The position numbers and the translations under genes are program-made. A stretch of DNA of 64,000 nucleotides from assembly GCA_051362555.1 (NCBI GenBank), contig CM120645.1:10478001-10542000 (forward strand), given 5' to 3'. The number at the start of each line of letters is the position of its first letter. Position 1 is the first letter of the stretch. This DNA comes from Lingula anatina. Its lineage: Eukaryota > Animalia > Brachiopoda. This document shows positions 12,101 to 25,749 of the stretch, piece by piece. Below the pieces are notes generated by a model. That model saw only the letters and a program-made list of their open reading frames with translations. It did not search any database and had not been told where the DNA came from.

Positions 12101-15100
12101 TAACACCTTTTCAACGTGGGTGTTCACAGGACAGTTTTACCTTCTCCTATCATAGATTTCATTTGAAGTATAACCTAAAGCGTACATATTACCCAACATA
12201 GTCTTGGGAAATCACGTAATTCTATACTTGTCTATCAAGGGCCTGCAGAATCCTGTGTATCTACCAGGTATACTAGTGCACATGTAATCTCACAAAAACA
12301 CATGTAACACGGATAGGAAATGTCGATCAATGAACTCCCGAGTTACGCGTTAACGCCAACACAACTACATAATGGCATGTTTGTAAAATGTAGTATTTCC
12401 CTTCCGTGTCTACCTCCCAGAATTGGATGTGCCACGTTGTCACTCAGTGCCAACCACTTTCTTAACCATTTTCAATTCCAAATACAATGATCGATTTTCA
12501 GGCTCGGGATCTGATACGGAACTAATTACTGCTTACCCATAGGGGTTCACTTGGCTAAATATTCTGTCCACGCAAACAGCTATTCAGTGTGAGCAGGCAC
12601 GTGCCTGGGTTTTTACTCTTAACGAGCAGAAAGAAAATTGTTCACACACACACACACACGCACACACACGTGCGCGCGCTTGCACGCACACGTGTTTGCA
12701 TTATGATATGTTCTCCCACACTTTCTCTTTTAATTTCACCCTCGTTGTTTTGTGTTTTGATTAGAATTTCTTAAACGTAAGCTTTTTTCGTGAACAGGAA
12801 AATGAATATGAAGTCTACCAACTGCACAGTATAGGCCTTTGCTGCAATGTGGGCTCCCCGAAAATTTTATGGCTACATGTACCACCGAGGCTTCTGTTTT
12901 CAAAATTCACTGAACAATTTAATAACGAGATACAGAAAATAAACACACCAATTATAACATATTGATTTCCTAACCATATCAATTGAAGGGCCCATGGCCA
13001 GATTCTCCTTCCCTAGCTCCGTATCAACCAAAATTGAAAATCCCAGTGATTAATTTCGATGCAGTGTGATTACAATCACTGGTTAAAATTGTTCGGCTGA
13101 CCAGGAATGATGCGCGCATGCAGTGAATCGGAAATGAAGAGCAGATAGCACTATTTGCTAATCATTGGGTCGCTTATCTTGCGGGAATACGTTTAACATT
13201 GCTCAGATATGTATATGTCGTTCAACTGGCCGTGTCATTTAAGTTTATGGCGGGTAAATGAGAGAGAAAGAGAGTGTGTGTGTGTGTGTGTGTGTGTGTG
13301 AGCGTGTGTGTGGAAATTACGGTCTGTTAACCCTTTACCCGTATCTGTCTGTATTAAGAGTGGATCAAACACGGGAAACTTTGAGCTACGTGTAACAAAA
13401 AGGGTTTATGGATTACATGTTATGAATGTGTGCGTCCCTGCTATGCTGTGAATATGTACACAGCTGTATATAGCAAAAATCATTGATGCCATGTATATAA
13501 TGGAACTTATTTAGTAGAAAGATGTTTTCAAAGATCCTAAAATGCCTTAAGCACAAATCCCGCAACAAAGAACGGGGCACCGCGGGATTCAGGAAGTTTG
13601 ATTCAGAGTTTTTAAAGTGATGGGAGCTTTAAGTGCTCATTTCAGTGTTTTAAGAGTGTAATTGTAACTTCTAAACAATACATCTTCATCTTCAAGTAAT
13701 CCCTTGAGTTTTTTATTTTCTCCTTTTTCACTTTCTTATTTATTTATTTTTCTTTTTAAACTAATACGATGAGCACGACTTTATAATTTGATCTAGAAAT
13801 ACGATAAGTGAAAATCCCTCAAACAATAATTATGTTACAAAAGGAATTCAGGATGATTTCGAAAACAGCTGAACCCTTGTCTTCTACGAGGCGGAAATAT
13901 TCCCTTTTCTGCAGCCATGGATGCATCACGCTAAAAGCATCTCAATCTTGTGATAGCTGGTCAAACGGATGAAATCTACAGATAGCTAGACTAATATAAG
14001 AGGTCAGCAACAAAGCGTAGTCATCTATGCACTCCTGCACGACGACTTTTTTGCGTTCGTGGCAATTGAAAACCATATGGCATGCTCTTGTCTAAGATTC
14101 GTTCGCTGCGCTTTGTGATTGTTCGTGATCCTTTGCATGCACTTAACTTGAACCTTTCAACGTGAAAGACATTGAATGGGTCCCATATCAAATTAACACC
14201 TGATCTCCCCAGATGGAAATGACAGCCGGTTGACAAGGGTCTTTCAAGGCTCGCCAACAGAAATAATTCTGAAGACATACAAAAGAAACAAGATGAGTTT
14301 TCTATAATACAAGCTATTGTCCTCTTCAACAAGGTGTAAAATGTGGAGATTGTCACGATCTGTAAACCTTTTTCGAATTCTATTTTTACCGTCACTAGAG
14401 AGTCTCTACCTGTATCACATGATTGAAGCAATCACAAGAAAGTTTGCACTCAAAGAAGGATTCATGGACAAGTATTGATTTGTGAACGGATTTTGAAACT
14501 GTATACCTTGGTGAAATAAGGAAAACAAGTCTAAAATTACTTTTTTGTTGTGTTGTGCTTGTTACATAAAGGTCTAACGCTTCTTGAATGCCTCAACGTC
14601 ATGATTTTGTTCTAGAGTGAACAGTAACGATTGAAATTTGAGGCACACAAGAACTCAATATCACAACTTAATTAAATGTTCATGATTTTGACTTTTTTTC
14701 CAATTTTTCATTTTCTTTATATAGATCACCCCGGATGCATGCAGTGTGTTCCAGTGTGTTCCGGCTGGAAAATTAAAATAGCTGCTGTTACTCTATCTCT
14801 TACCTAAAAATCACAAATAAGTATAGACGATAGACCGTGTCTCATAAATATCAGTGCTGCGAGTGTCCCACGAGACACAGTTGTGATATAGATTTCCTTC
14901 CCGCCAAAACGTAGGAGGGGGGGGGGGTGCGAGGAATACTCTGCATTTGAAATGAATGACAGTTTGTCGAAACGTACGTCAGTTCTAGTCTAAAGACCAG
15001 ACATTTCAATCTATCTCCGCTAGTGACACGTAAAAAGCTGTTTCAAATCTTGGGTGTGAGGCATTCTCATCTAAGTGGCACAGTCGATCACAAACGACCC

Positions 15101-15600
15101 ACACTCGAGCAGCACAAGCGCTTCTTTCGAAACCATTTGTGAAAAATTTTACCACTAGCGAGACCCTTGGACACTTCAACAAAAGTCAAATTATGAAAAA
15201 CGGGCAATACTCGATCCAAAACACAAAGCAGATATTCTGGGGTATATTCCCTCACAGGATGACAGTAATTGAAATATCTAATCCGTCGGGAATCTTTTTG
15301 ATATTCTTCAATGGGCACCAGTAACGAAAATGTGTACTTTTACGTGACATTTCCTGCTACTATGAAGGAAACTAGCACTTTGAATTATCGTCGCAGGAGC
15401 GACTCCGAAATTGTGTTACGCCTGCTGTTACCTGAAAAAGAGCAACATTTATCACATGTTGGGAATCGATTAAACGAAACTGTGAAACTGAAATTAGTTG
15501 GAACCGAACGACCAAGGTACTGTTTTACAAAAACTCCGTTAGTTAATTCTAGCTCACTAGATCTCCCCTTTAAATGCACAGGTGAATCTACAGAATGCAA

Positions 15601-15790
15601 GGGTGCATTCAGATCATGATGATCTGTGGACTAACAGGTCCGTGCATCAAATATGGCCGACCCCCTTGAAAGTTTGCCGCATGATCCCCTAATAGATACT
15701 GAATAGATTCCATGAGGAGATAATACACGGCAAGCTTCCAAGTGGCTCGGGCACATTTGACCCGCGATTCTGTTAGTCCGCGGATCAGCT
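15601..15790. mobile_element. Diverged copy of the 32862-33036 Harbinger-like MITE
   Basis: Shares CAAATATGGCCGACCC, CTAATAGAYACTGAATAGATTCC and TTTGACCCGCG blocks with the 32862 and 55016 copies. Confidence 0.6.
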
Positions 15791-16167
15791 TTGGTGGTAA
15801 ATGCTGCTTACTAGTATTATTACAACAATCGATTGCTTATGGATTCATGAAACCAGAATCAGACCCAGATCGACCCAGTCCTATCAAACAGGGTGGATAC
15901 CTCAATCTGCATGCGGGAAGGTGCTATCTACCAAGGGTAATATAATGGCATCATTTTTGTGTCAACATTTTCAGGGAATCAGCCAATTAAAGCAGTGTTT
16001 GTGACTATCAAGTGAATACAATCCTCCTGTGCCTGTGGCAGAGGGTAGGGGGTAATTAAGGTTTCATTTAGGTTTTCTGAGATTGTGTATCGCCCAATAA
16101 CACCGATACTCCCGATTTTCTGTCCGAAGGTGTCTTTGATTGAACAAACATCGGAACGTACCATTTC

Positions 16168-16170
<3 letters not shown>

Positions 16171-16204
<34 letters not shown>
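16171..16204. repeat. (CT)n microsatellite
   Basis: Direct reading. Confidence 0.95.
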
Positions 16205-16206
<2 letters not shown>

Positions 16207-19200
16207 CATCTCGTCATCTCGTTTGAATTACCCATCCAGACATTTGAGCCGTCACCACTGTGAAGATATCTCTAGTGTTAATTAAACTAGAAGCTAGCGG
16301 GTGTCCCCAGCAGTACGTTTAGATAAGCAGATAGCTTCTGTAAACTTCGTAATTAAGTCAATATTCCTCTGGGGAGTCGTGCGTTAGATGGTATAGGAAC
16401 TGGAAAGCGTCTAATCTTGTCGTAACACACATGCATTGCATGAGGAGAAAAAGGTTTGGAATCATAGTCAATTACTTGCCGACTGCTGCAATATATAAGT
16501 AAGCGCGCAAGCACGTAGGGAGAAACGCCCGAATGGAGCGTGCAAACAGACGTATGGAAAGTACAGTAATTGGCATACATAGTGCTAGTTTTTCTCCTGT
16601 TTCAACACACGCCAAAGTTGGCGTAGACTACCACAATGACTAAAAACGTTGGCAATATCAGAAAAAGCACCCGTTTCTGTGTCGAACATTGGGAGCACTG
16701 TACCAAAAAGACGCACACATAATGTATACCTTAATTAATTAATTAATCAAAAGTCTTATCTCTAGCGGATTACTTAATAGTCCTAATAGTCGTCATTTGG
16801 TAAGTCGACTTTCCGTCTGCCATTTACAGTATTTAGAGCATTGTCTAGCCAGGTCTCTCAATTATCCAATACGTCTCTCGGAGGAATCATTACGGACATT
16901 GGGACTGTCACGTACCGGTGACTTCCGTCACTTGTCACATCTGTCAACACGTTCACTCAGGGGGATTAATCAGACTAAAGGTCTAAACTGTCACTCGGCG
17001 GACGCGCTGAAAATGAGATGTTAATCTCTGTGGAGTTTGGTCTCGGGGAAGTTTGGTAAAAAGGTTATGCGTGCAAAAGAACACAGGTTTCTTTTAGATG
17101 CACCTGTTACGTGAATTCGATTAGTTTTTGTCATGGGACCGATTACATTACATTACTTTCCATCTGCCATTTGCAAGAGAGCTTCTCCATAAATTGGCAA
17201 TTGCTTGAATCTTCAGAGGGCAAATTACTCGTAAGTAAAGTGAAGTGAAAAAATATACCATTCAACCGATAAAAAACGTTAATCACGACAGGTCACGTGG
17301 TCTGGCTTCTGCGGGTGCCATGTAATGCCATGTAATCAGTTTTACACGTTGTACACGGACACAACAGGGGGAAATTTAATGTTTTAAAAACACACATATG
17401 ACTGCTCGAATTTCGAATTAAATTCGTATAGATTGAAGTAATATAAAAAATAAAAACCGTGGCTATAAAGGGCTCGTTGAACTACGGAATTATACTGAAG
17501 CGAAATAAGCGCTGTGAGCAGAAAATCCACATCGTTATACCTGGCGTGGAGTTACGCACCTTGAAGGTATTTTATGCGCTTTTAAAAATGTCATAACTTC
17601 TTATTTTCAATGTGTACATAGCCTAAAGAGCTGCTTATCTTGCCTAGTTAAGGCCTTGTCAATGATAAAACCCATAAAAGAGAAGTACCTTGTGTCAATA
17701 TTTCCTTCTGAAATGCCAGGAAGACTACAGCGTGTGAAATGTCAGGGCAAATTTTAAGAACTTTGTTAGGTAATTAGAAATTATATAAGATCTCGAATCC
17801 AGGTGCATGATAGGATCAACGCTGTTTCGTGTTTTGGAGACAAATGTTTTTCTTATTGCTTTTTTTAGATTTGTCGCGAAAGCTCGGTTAGCATATCATG
17901 GAACATCTTATTGTTACACTGTACATGTCTGTTTACTACTCCATCATCCGCATTGATTGACTTGAAACGATTTTGCTCATACCTATGATGGCAGCTGTGT
18001 CGGTCAATTAACACATTTTTTTTTCAATCTTTTTGGCCTTAACTCAAATACATGCGCTGTGATTGTTTACTAGTATGTATTAGTATTAAAACGAATCTTT
18101 TTTAATTAATTCTGGGCCCCTATATATTTTGCATAACCCAAAACAATTATATGATTTTAAATTTGTTATTAGGTGACAAGTGACACGCTCGTTAATTCAA
18201 AGAGACGGGTCATTCCACAGGTGCTGCATAATTAACAAGCTTCTGAGTGACTCTTGGGTGACAGGAACTCTTCATCAATATTGGATTGACTAGCAAAGCA
18301 TATCAATAATTGCAATTAAATGTGTTGGCAGATCTTGCTAGTGCTGGTTTTAACGTTCGTTGCATCATAAATCACAGTTTCGACATACAATGGCTCGAAG
18401 GCGGTTTCCTCCGTACACAACAGTTATTTGGTGGCTCAGATGGTGCATATACAATGGTGTTGCGGGAGAGTAGATCCGGTGTCAGCAAAACCGAGAAGGA
18501 TCCGGTTTTTCTGTTGTCAATAAAGGCTATCCCCCCTGGGCTATACAATGAAAGCAACTGCAAATGTGAAATCTCATCAGTTCTGTTCTCTCGGTCGTGT
18601 TCAAAACAATGAATTAATATGTCTCTAGCGTTATGTGACCCTGTTTTCTATAAAGCAGACGTGTCGTCCGAATCCGCCGTTTTGCAATGAATCATTTCTA
18701 AAAAAAGTTGACGTATTAGAACCTATTGACATTTATCAGACCCGGAGACACTAGAATAGCAAATGCAGATGTCAATTGCCTGGAGATTAAAAAGGGATTT
18801 TCTTTCATTTTTCGTGATCAAGTAAAATGCTAGAAGACGAAACATGAATATTGTTAGACAGCGGAAGTGTACAAGGGCCTTGGCTCTTAGTAGTTGAGAT
18901 ATGCGGCTCGTTTGCCGTTAGCTATATGTCGTTAGGAGAACACTGGTTACATTAATGGTTGAACTATTGTCGTTAGACTTATGGAATCGGAACTTCCAGT
19001 ACATAGGTAGAAGATTTCGTCGTTTAATTATCTAATTGCTGAAAATCAAATATGACAATTGTCAGCAAAGCGGCACGGCCACTGTCCCCTACCGCGCTCT
19101 AACCATTTGGCACCGTTCGTGCATTTCCCCCTGTCATCCATTGAAATGGTTTAAGAACTTGGATTCCTCAGCGTTTATGTCAGTATTTAAGATAATTTCA

Positions 19201-20675
19201 CTTCTCACCAAGAAACGTGAGAGATCTCAAAACTACATAAGAATCCATTGGCTCCATGGCTTCTATTCTGCATGTTTGGGTGGCCAGGTAATACCCTGTT
19301 ATGCTATGTTCGTGATTGCACTTTTATGACCCACAGTTGGCTTCTGTTGCTTAACTGTCAAGCAATGGAAATAACAGTAACTGACTGAATCAATCATGAA
19401 CGTTTCTGGGGCTTTGGGCAAAGTCGATTGTGGCGGCTATGATATTAGACAACAATGAGCAAATCTTTTCGCGCCGATTTTTTCGAAGTGCGCCCTTTGA
19501 TTTTAATAGCATGTCCACCAGCGATTAATCGGTTCTATATGGGAAACCCATGACGGATCTGAGTGTTTGACTGGTTCTTACTGATTATAGTGAAGGTCTC
19601 GTTGCGACTTTTAAAGTTGAGGCAGAGGTTTGTCTCTAAAGAAATGTTTCCAATCGGTTCTTCCATGTTGTCTTGGAATTAATTGTAGGTTCTTTGCGTG
19701 ATGCTAGTATTGATTGTGAACTTTAAAACAGGTTAACGTATTAACTACACAACGCATATGACAGTTTATTCATGAATGATGATGTTTTGCATTTAATAAA
19801 TTCACACAAACATATTAAATTACTTATTAGCTTTGGTTGATTGCTCATGCTTTTGTGACAATTACGTTGGGTTTGTTTTTGATATGTGTTGACCTTTTCG
19901 AATCCATGTCGTCTGATGACGTCAAGACAATGGGTCTTTCCAAATGTCATATGGTAATCTATTTGCTGTGATATGGTGAACGAAAGCGCATCAGATGCGG
20001 ATGTTGCAGCTGATGCTCGACCTGTTCCATTCACACTAATGATAATTTCATTAATTAAATATATAAAAGTTTCCGATCTATGACTCGCACTTCACCTTTC
20101 TTACGCATATCAATTTTTGTGCTATTTTGAGTTTTGCGTTTGCTCTATTTTACCCCCTGAACGTGGCTTCGCTTTGCATTCCCTGTCGTTTCGTTATAAA
20201 GGGCCTATTCCTATCAGTTTGACTTGGGATATCGATAGCTTCGAACAAATAACGAGATGATATGAATAAAACAAACCGGATAATGATATTTAATGTGATA
20301 CGCGCAATCTGTGAACATCTTAATGTAATGATTTCCATGAATACTCAGTGCTTTCATGACGTTAAAAAAGCTTCTAGCAGTCTAGGGTTGGCGGTATTTA
20401 TATTAAATGGATCAAAATATTTTACTCGTGCCACAAAAAATATGCAGTTCTTTTACTTTAACTATACACAGTGATAAATAATCGGAGACGACTTGCGCAG
20501 TTTTATATACGTTTTAGAGCCCTTCCTACAATTTCTCTGCCTTAACAAAGACTCGGTGTACTGACAGTTTACATTCGTTGGCCGTTTACAACTGACATAT
20601 TGTCCTTTTACGTTAAGTCACGTCTCAGGGTCCCGACCTTACGGCCGGCTAAATGTGCAATAAAAAGTGACTTAC

Positions 20676-20846
20676 TGTTTGAAGTCGCCTTTCCGTTTTT
20701 ACTGCGTACAGTACTCCTGCATTGCCAATGGCGGTAAAAAGGCAAAGGGTAAACAGGACCATGCCTAAGGTGACGCTCCTAAGCATTAAGCCAAAGTCCG
20801 GTGTCAAGTCCACGTAGCAGGTGACATTTGCTGAACAGTTAGCCAT
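20676..20846 (-). CDS. HRH1: Rhodopsin-family aminergic GPCR, histamine H1 receptor-like, first coding exon (N-terminus, TM1, ICL1)
   Basis: Translation: MANCSANVTCYVDLTPDFGLMLRSVTLGMVLFTLCLFTAIGNAGVLYAVKTERRLQT. It has two N-glycosylation sequons and the TM1 GN motif, and VLYAVKTERRLQT closely resembles HRH1 VLYAVRSERKLHT. It ends at a phase-0 donor ACA|GTAAGT (GT at 20675-20674). Orthology is not proven from one exon. Confidence 0.82.
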
Positions 20847-22048
20847 GGTGCTGTATGTGGCCGTGCGGAAGGGCAGTAGCCGAAAATTGAAAAGCGACGT
20901 TCCAATGTGATCGTGATCGGTGCCGCTTTTAAGGAATGCGCCGTCGGCGGAGCGTCGTTACTGTTTTCCGCTCCCCGTGCGAGTTGTGCGTTAGTGGATC
21001 CAAGAATTCAGGTTTCTCTGTCTTCATTTCAAAGGGGAATTAATATCAGTGCGACCGTGTTCAGTCGGTAACTACCCCATTTATCAGTCGTATGTCAACT
21101 ACACTGGCTTGCTACTAAGCTCTCAAAACAAATATATCACAGTTATCATAACAGCCCTCCTAGAACCTAATCTTACGTGTTAACCACTGTTTGGACTCCT
21201 TAACAAGCCTTATCAATAATTCCAAGTAGTCCAAATTAGCCAATCTAATGTTTAATTAGGCCTTCTCAACTCCCGAATGTCCACCGATTTCTTAGAAATC
21301 TGAACTGAACTCGTGGTGCACCAGCTGCAAGAGGAGAAATCGTTCGCATGCTTCTTCTCCGCTCTTCAGTGTTGATTTACAGCACGGAGCGCTTGCTGCG
21401 CGATGATGAGTAACTCGGGCTCCGAGTTGCGCAGGTGACGATGCTGGCGGTGTAATTATAGCAGTACTTCGAAAACACTGGTATACAATGTAATCACCTG
21501 GTCATACGTCCTGCTAATACATCTCAATTTACTTTCTTATTGCCGCACACACCATGTAACGGTTATTTACCAGTTCCAGCATCCATTGATCTTTATTACG
21601 AAAACTTAAATCCATGTATCACCAGCGAATTAAATATAAAGCTGAAAAAGATATACTGTTTGACTATTTGTGTACATGTTCTTGACATAAAAAACGTTGT
21701 TTTATTGTTTCATTGGCCCCTAACTGCCAAACTTTATTTTCCTTCACTTTAAGTTTCCTTGAAGTCCAAACCAATCAGAGAAGAATGGGCTACATGAACA
21801 TATCTGACCACGCGATTGGCATTTTTCTACAGATTTTTCAACACACCACATTCTGGGCATATCTCAGCGCTTTCCTTGTGCGAGTGGAATATACAGTACT
21901 TACAATTGGTTGTAGTAAATTACAAATTCCTTGAATGCGTATTTGTTGAAAGTGTATTTCTTGAATGCGTATTTTTTATTGCAATTCGAACAATCAGAGC
22001 GTTTTCACAAAGGTAACAGCACGCTCCCTGTGAATATCTATTTAATTA

Positions 22049-22050
<2 letters not shown>

Positions 22051-22079
<29 letters not shown>
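22051..22079. repeat. (TATC)n microsatellite
   Basis: Direct reading. Confidence 0.9.
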
Positions 22080-24069
22080 GCAATCTGGATACAGGCACCA
22101 ATGTTTGGCCAGCGTACAATGTAGGTAGCAGAACAGAACTAAAATGATAATGAATTAAAGCTAACCAACATTTGAACCATCCCCAAACCACCTTTTGCAA
22201 GTGTATCACAGCTTAGTAGCAAACCTTTCATGTTGTGTTTTGACGGCAATCACATGGCCTACACGCGAGTCCAAACTGCAATTTTAAGAGCACTGTTTAG
22301 TAGCGATAACATCTTACTTACAGCCAGTGTAAGGCTGTTAGATAGCAATATGGATGCCAGTATTACATCGTAATAGGATGCGTATAATCCTTTCACTTAA
22401 ATCAAGCTTTGTATCTTGACTTTTATTTTATTGAAGGGAGAGAGGAGTGAAGGGTGAAAGAAATATGATTTTTGCATCGAGAATGGTATTCCACATTTAC
22501 AAGAAAAACTGAATGCCTCTTGAAAGACCAGTATCAACACATTTGCTTTAACTTTTATAATTTAGTGAGTTTAGCTAGCAATCTGACGCATATATAGTGT
22601 TCATCTTTCGGCACTGGTAAAAATTAACACTCCACTAATAACATTATACGGATTAAGGTTTACCTCCGGCAATTACGTAATAAAAAATTTAATGCATTTT
22701 CTCTCATTATTTAAGCAATATTTAAATGACATAGGGGTTTCTAAACGACCAAATGACTGAAACCTTCAATTGAACACCAGAGCATACAATGTATACTAAG
22801 CAGTGAAGCTTTATTCAGTCCTTCTAGAAAGGGACATGGTAAAGTGTATATACGGTAGAATACTAAAATTTGCCTTTTGGCCAGTTACGGACTACTTCAA
22901 TTTTCGAGGCAATTTGAATAACAACTACCCTTGGGTAATCTTCATTCGGCTTTAATTTAGGGGCAATAAACGGTCACTGTTTCTGCCACAGCAACTTAAA
23001 TGGAATTTCTCATGTATATTATCTGGACGGAAAGACCTTGTGCAGTCGCGTAGGTTTTGTAAAAATACAAGTAACACGGAAGTGAACAGTTTACGCTGCT
23101 GTTTTTTTAACCCTGGATGACTAGGTCGGTAGGTCAGTGAGGACACCTGCCTCGCTCGTAGCCATCGCCTTCCCTCTCACTAAAGATGAATAAAAGAAAT
23201 CACTGGCCTGTGGCTTGCAGGAATTTCCCTTTTTTTCCGGTTCTCTTACCCAACATACTCCACCCTCTCGGCATAATATCACTGTAGATAGAAGCTAATT
23301 CCTAGAAACAGAAATGATTAACAAGTAAGGGGACTTGAGCGAGAGGAAATGCGACGGAAACGATCGATTAGACCCCAATGGAAACGCCAGTAGATAAGAA
23401 GGAGTCGAATCTAATTATCTCGGAGTCATGATTTCTACGAACCGAAACTGCCGTGCGGATTCCGCTCGCTGACTTAATTGATTCTGGCGAAATTCTTTAA
23501 AGGCGAGGAAATGCCAATGCTAGGTATATGATGAGGTAATGATGCAGGTGTCATATGAGGTCAAGTCATGTCAGGTCATGCCAGGTCAGGTCAGGTCAGA
23601 GGCTGAATGAGGGTCACGTGTGCTACATGTTCTACATTCGAATCAAAACAGATCTTTTGTCAGCCATCATCTACATGTAGATGCATCTTTACACAGATCA
23701 ACATGGGTAGCCATACACACCGTGGTCCTTAACACAAAATGACAAAGGCTCGATTTCTAAGCGACAAAAGTATAAAATTCCACGAATTCGTTAGGCAATT
23801 TGATGTTAGTGCCGTGCATTTCTCTGAACCCATTTGAGACAGATCGATGGCATAACCAGCCTTTCGATCTGAACGTGCTAAACACAGAAAAAACACGTCA
23901 CGTATCAGTCGACCTACGCCATTTGATAAACCCAAACACGCGACCTGTCGTGCACCTGGTAGACTCGCTCAAAGACTTATTTTATATGATAAGCAATAAC
24001 ATGAGAATTCATCAAATAGTCACTCTTTGTCACTTTAGTCTATCTAGAATAAAACAGCCACATTAGTAA

Positions 24070-24287
24070 AGCCCCCTTTACACTGAACGGCGTCCATTCT
24101 GCGTCCGGTAGTACGACCCTGTTTGAGAGTAAAAAAAAGCACTAAATACGTGCCGAGAACTGGTCGATCATTGAGCACTCATTTTGCAACCAAAACGATG
24201 CTTGTGTCTCTTTTTTACGACAAGCAATGCCACTTTTATGGTCGCACAAAGGACGTAGAAAGAACGCCGGTTAGTGTAAAGGGGATT
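24070..24287. mobile_element. PIF/Harbinger-like MITE
   Basis: AGCCCCCTTTACACTGAACGGCGTCCATTCTGCGTCC and GGACGTAGAAAGAACGCCGGTTAGTGTAAAGGGGAT form an imperfect TIR with TAA/TTA flanks. Confidence 0.7.
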
Positions 24288-24910
24288 TTATTAGTATTCT
24301 TTAAATGACGCCAACGCAAAGGCGGTTTGTATACTTGATAACTTTACTGGTGTATTGTTACAATTGCCAATCTGTCAACTGTCAGATGCATCTGCAGAGT
24401 AGAACATAATTCCATTTATTTGAACATACATTGTAGTTTACATGTATTTGAAATATTATCATATGTGAAGAGTGGTTATTCGATACAACCCAGATTTAAA
24501 AAAAATTATGGTTAACATAAAAAGCATTCTCTTTGATGACAGCATGACATGTCGTCTTAAAAAAAAAAAAACGCGTCTCAATGCTTGATTATAACACCTA
24601 GACGCCAGTCAATACGTTTTCTGCGACATTTAACCTTAAAGACACGGACATGCGGAAAGTTAATTTGATTGTATTTCATCAAGGTATTTTCTCGTGAGGA
24701 TCGACTCGTCTTTAGATCCAAGCCACACTCCGGCGCAGACATCTAATAATCATGCGAACGCTTCAAGTTGCACAATCAGCGGCTTATCGGAAAGCAATTC
24801 GGGTTAAACTGAGAATGACCCGTTTTGACAATTATTCTGCCTACAGCAGGATCATGTTCTAACTATAAACGTGTGTAAGACAGTCGCATCGACCAAGAAG
24901 CAAATATAGC

Positions 24911-25341
24911 ACAGCCTCCGCACTAGGCCCTCCCGTATTACATCTATTGCAGACCTTGCACCAGGCCCGCACATATAACATCTGCTACAGACTCCACACT
25001 AGGCTCTTCCGTATAACATCTACTACAGCCTCCGAACTAGGCCCTCCTGTATAACATCCGACAGACTCTGCACTAGGCCCTCCCGTATAACATCCAGTAC
25101 AGAAACCACACTAGGTCCTCCCGTATAACATTTACTACAGACTCTGCACTAGGCCGTCCGGTATAACATCTACTACAGACACCACAATAGGCCCTTCCGT
25201 ATAACATCTACTACAGACTCCGCACTGGGCCCTCCCGTATAACATCTACTACAGAATCCACACTAGACCCTGCCAATTAACATCTACAACAGACTCCGCA
25301 CTGGGCCCGTATAACATCTACTTTAAGCCCTGAGCTAGGTC
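24911..25341. repeat. Minisatellite, ~38-bp unit (ACTACAGACTCCGCACTAGGCCCTCCCGTATAACATCT), ~11 copies
   Basis: The unit is directly visible, with scattered substitutions and indels between copies. Confidence 0.93.
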
Positions 25342-25749
25342 TAAATAAAATATCCAGCACTTAATCAATCCATCCCTGATGTAAACGGAGTTCTTGAGTA
25401 GAATTTGATAACTGTGGAAAGTAAAGAACGCCATTGATATCTTTATAATTACAGAAGATTCACTTTAAATGCATAATTCATTAATTTCGTCCCTAATGAT
25501 GTTCCTCGTGACATTTTTTCAATTTTTCAAAGTGTTTTCGTTTCTAAAAAGGTTATAACGACTTAATGGAATTGAAATAATGCTAAAATGCTTTCTGACT
25601 ATCATTTCAATAGGATAATTGTCATTGATTTTTTTTTTCAGTTACATAAGCCTCCTTCCACTTAATGTTTGGATAAGTATTACGCAACTGAAACCATATT
25701 TTGGAAGTGACGGTAATTAAGACAGCATTTTTTCGAAGCAATGCAACAT

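Noticed and set aside
14021-15619. ORFs of 100-136 aa (14021-14431, 15311-15619) as GPCR exons or genes
   Set aside because: No recognisable motifs, TM2-7 signatures or convincing splice boundaries.
24911-25341. CRISPR-like regular array
   Set aside because: The units are contiguous diverged tandem repeats with no unique spacers, there are no cas genes, and the context is eukaryotic.
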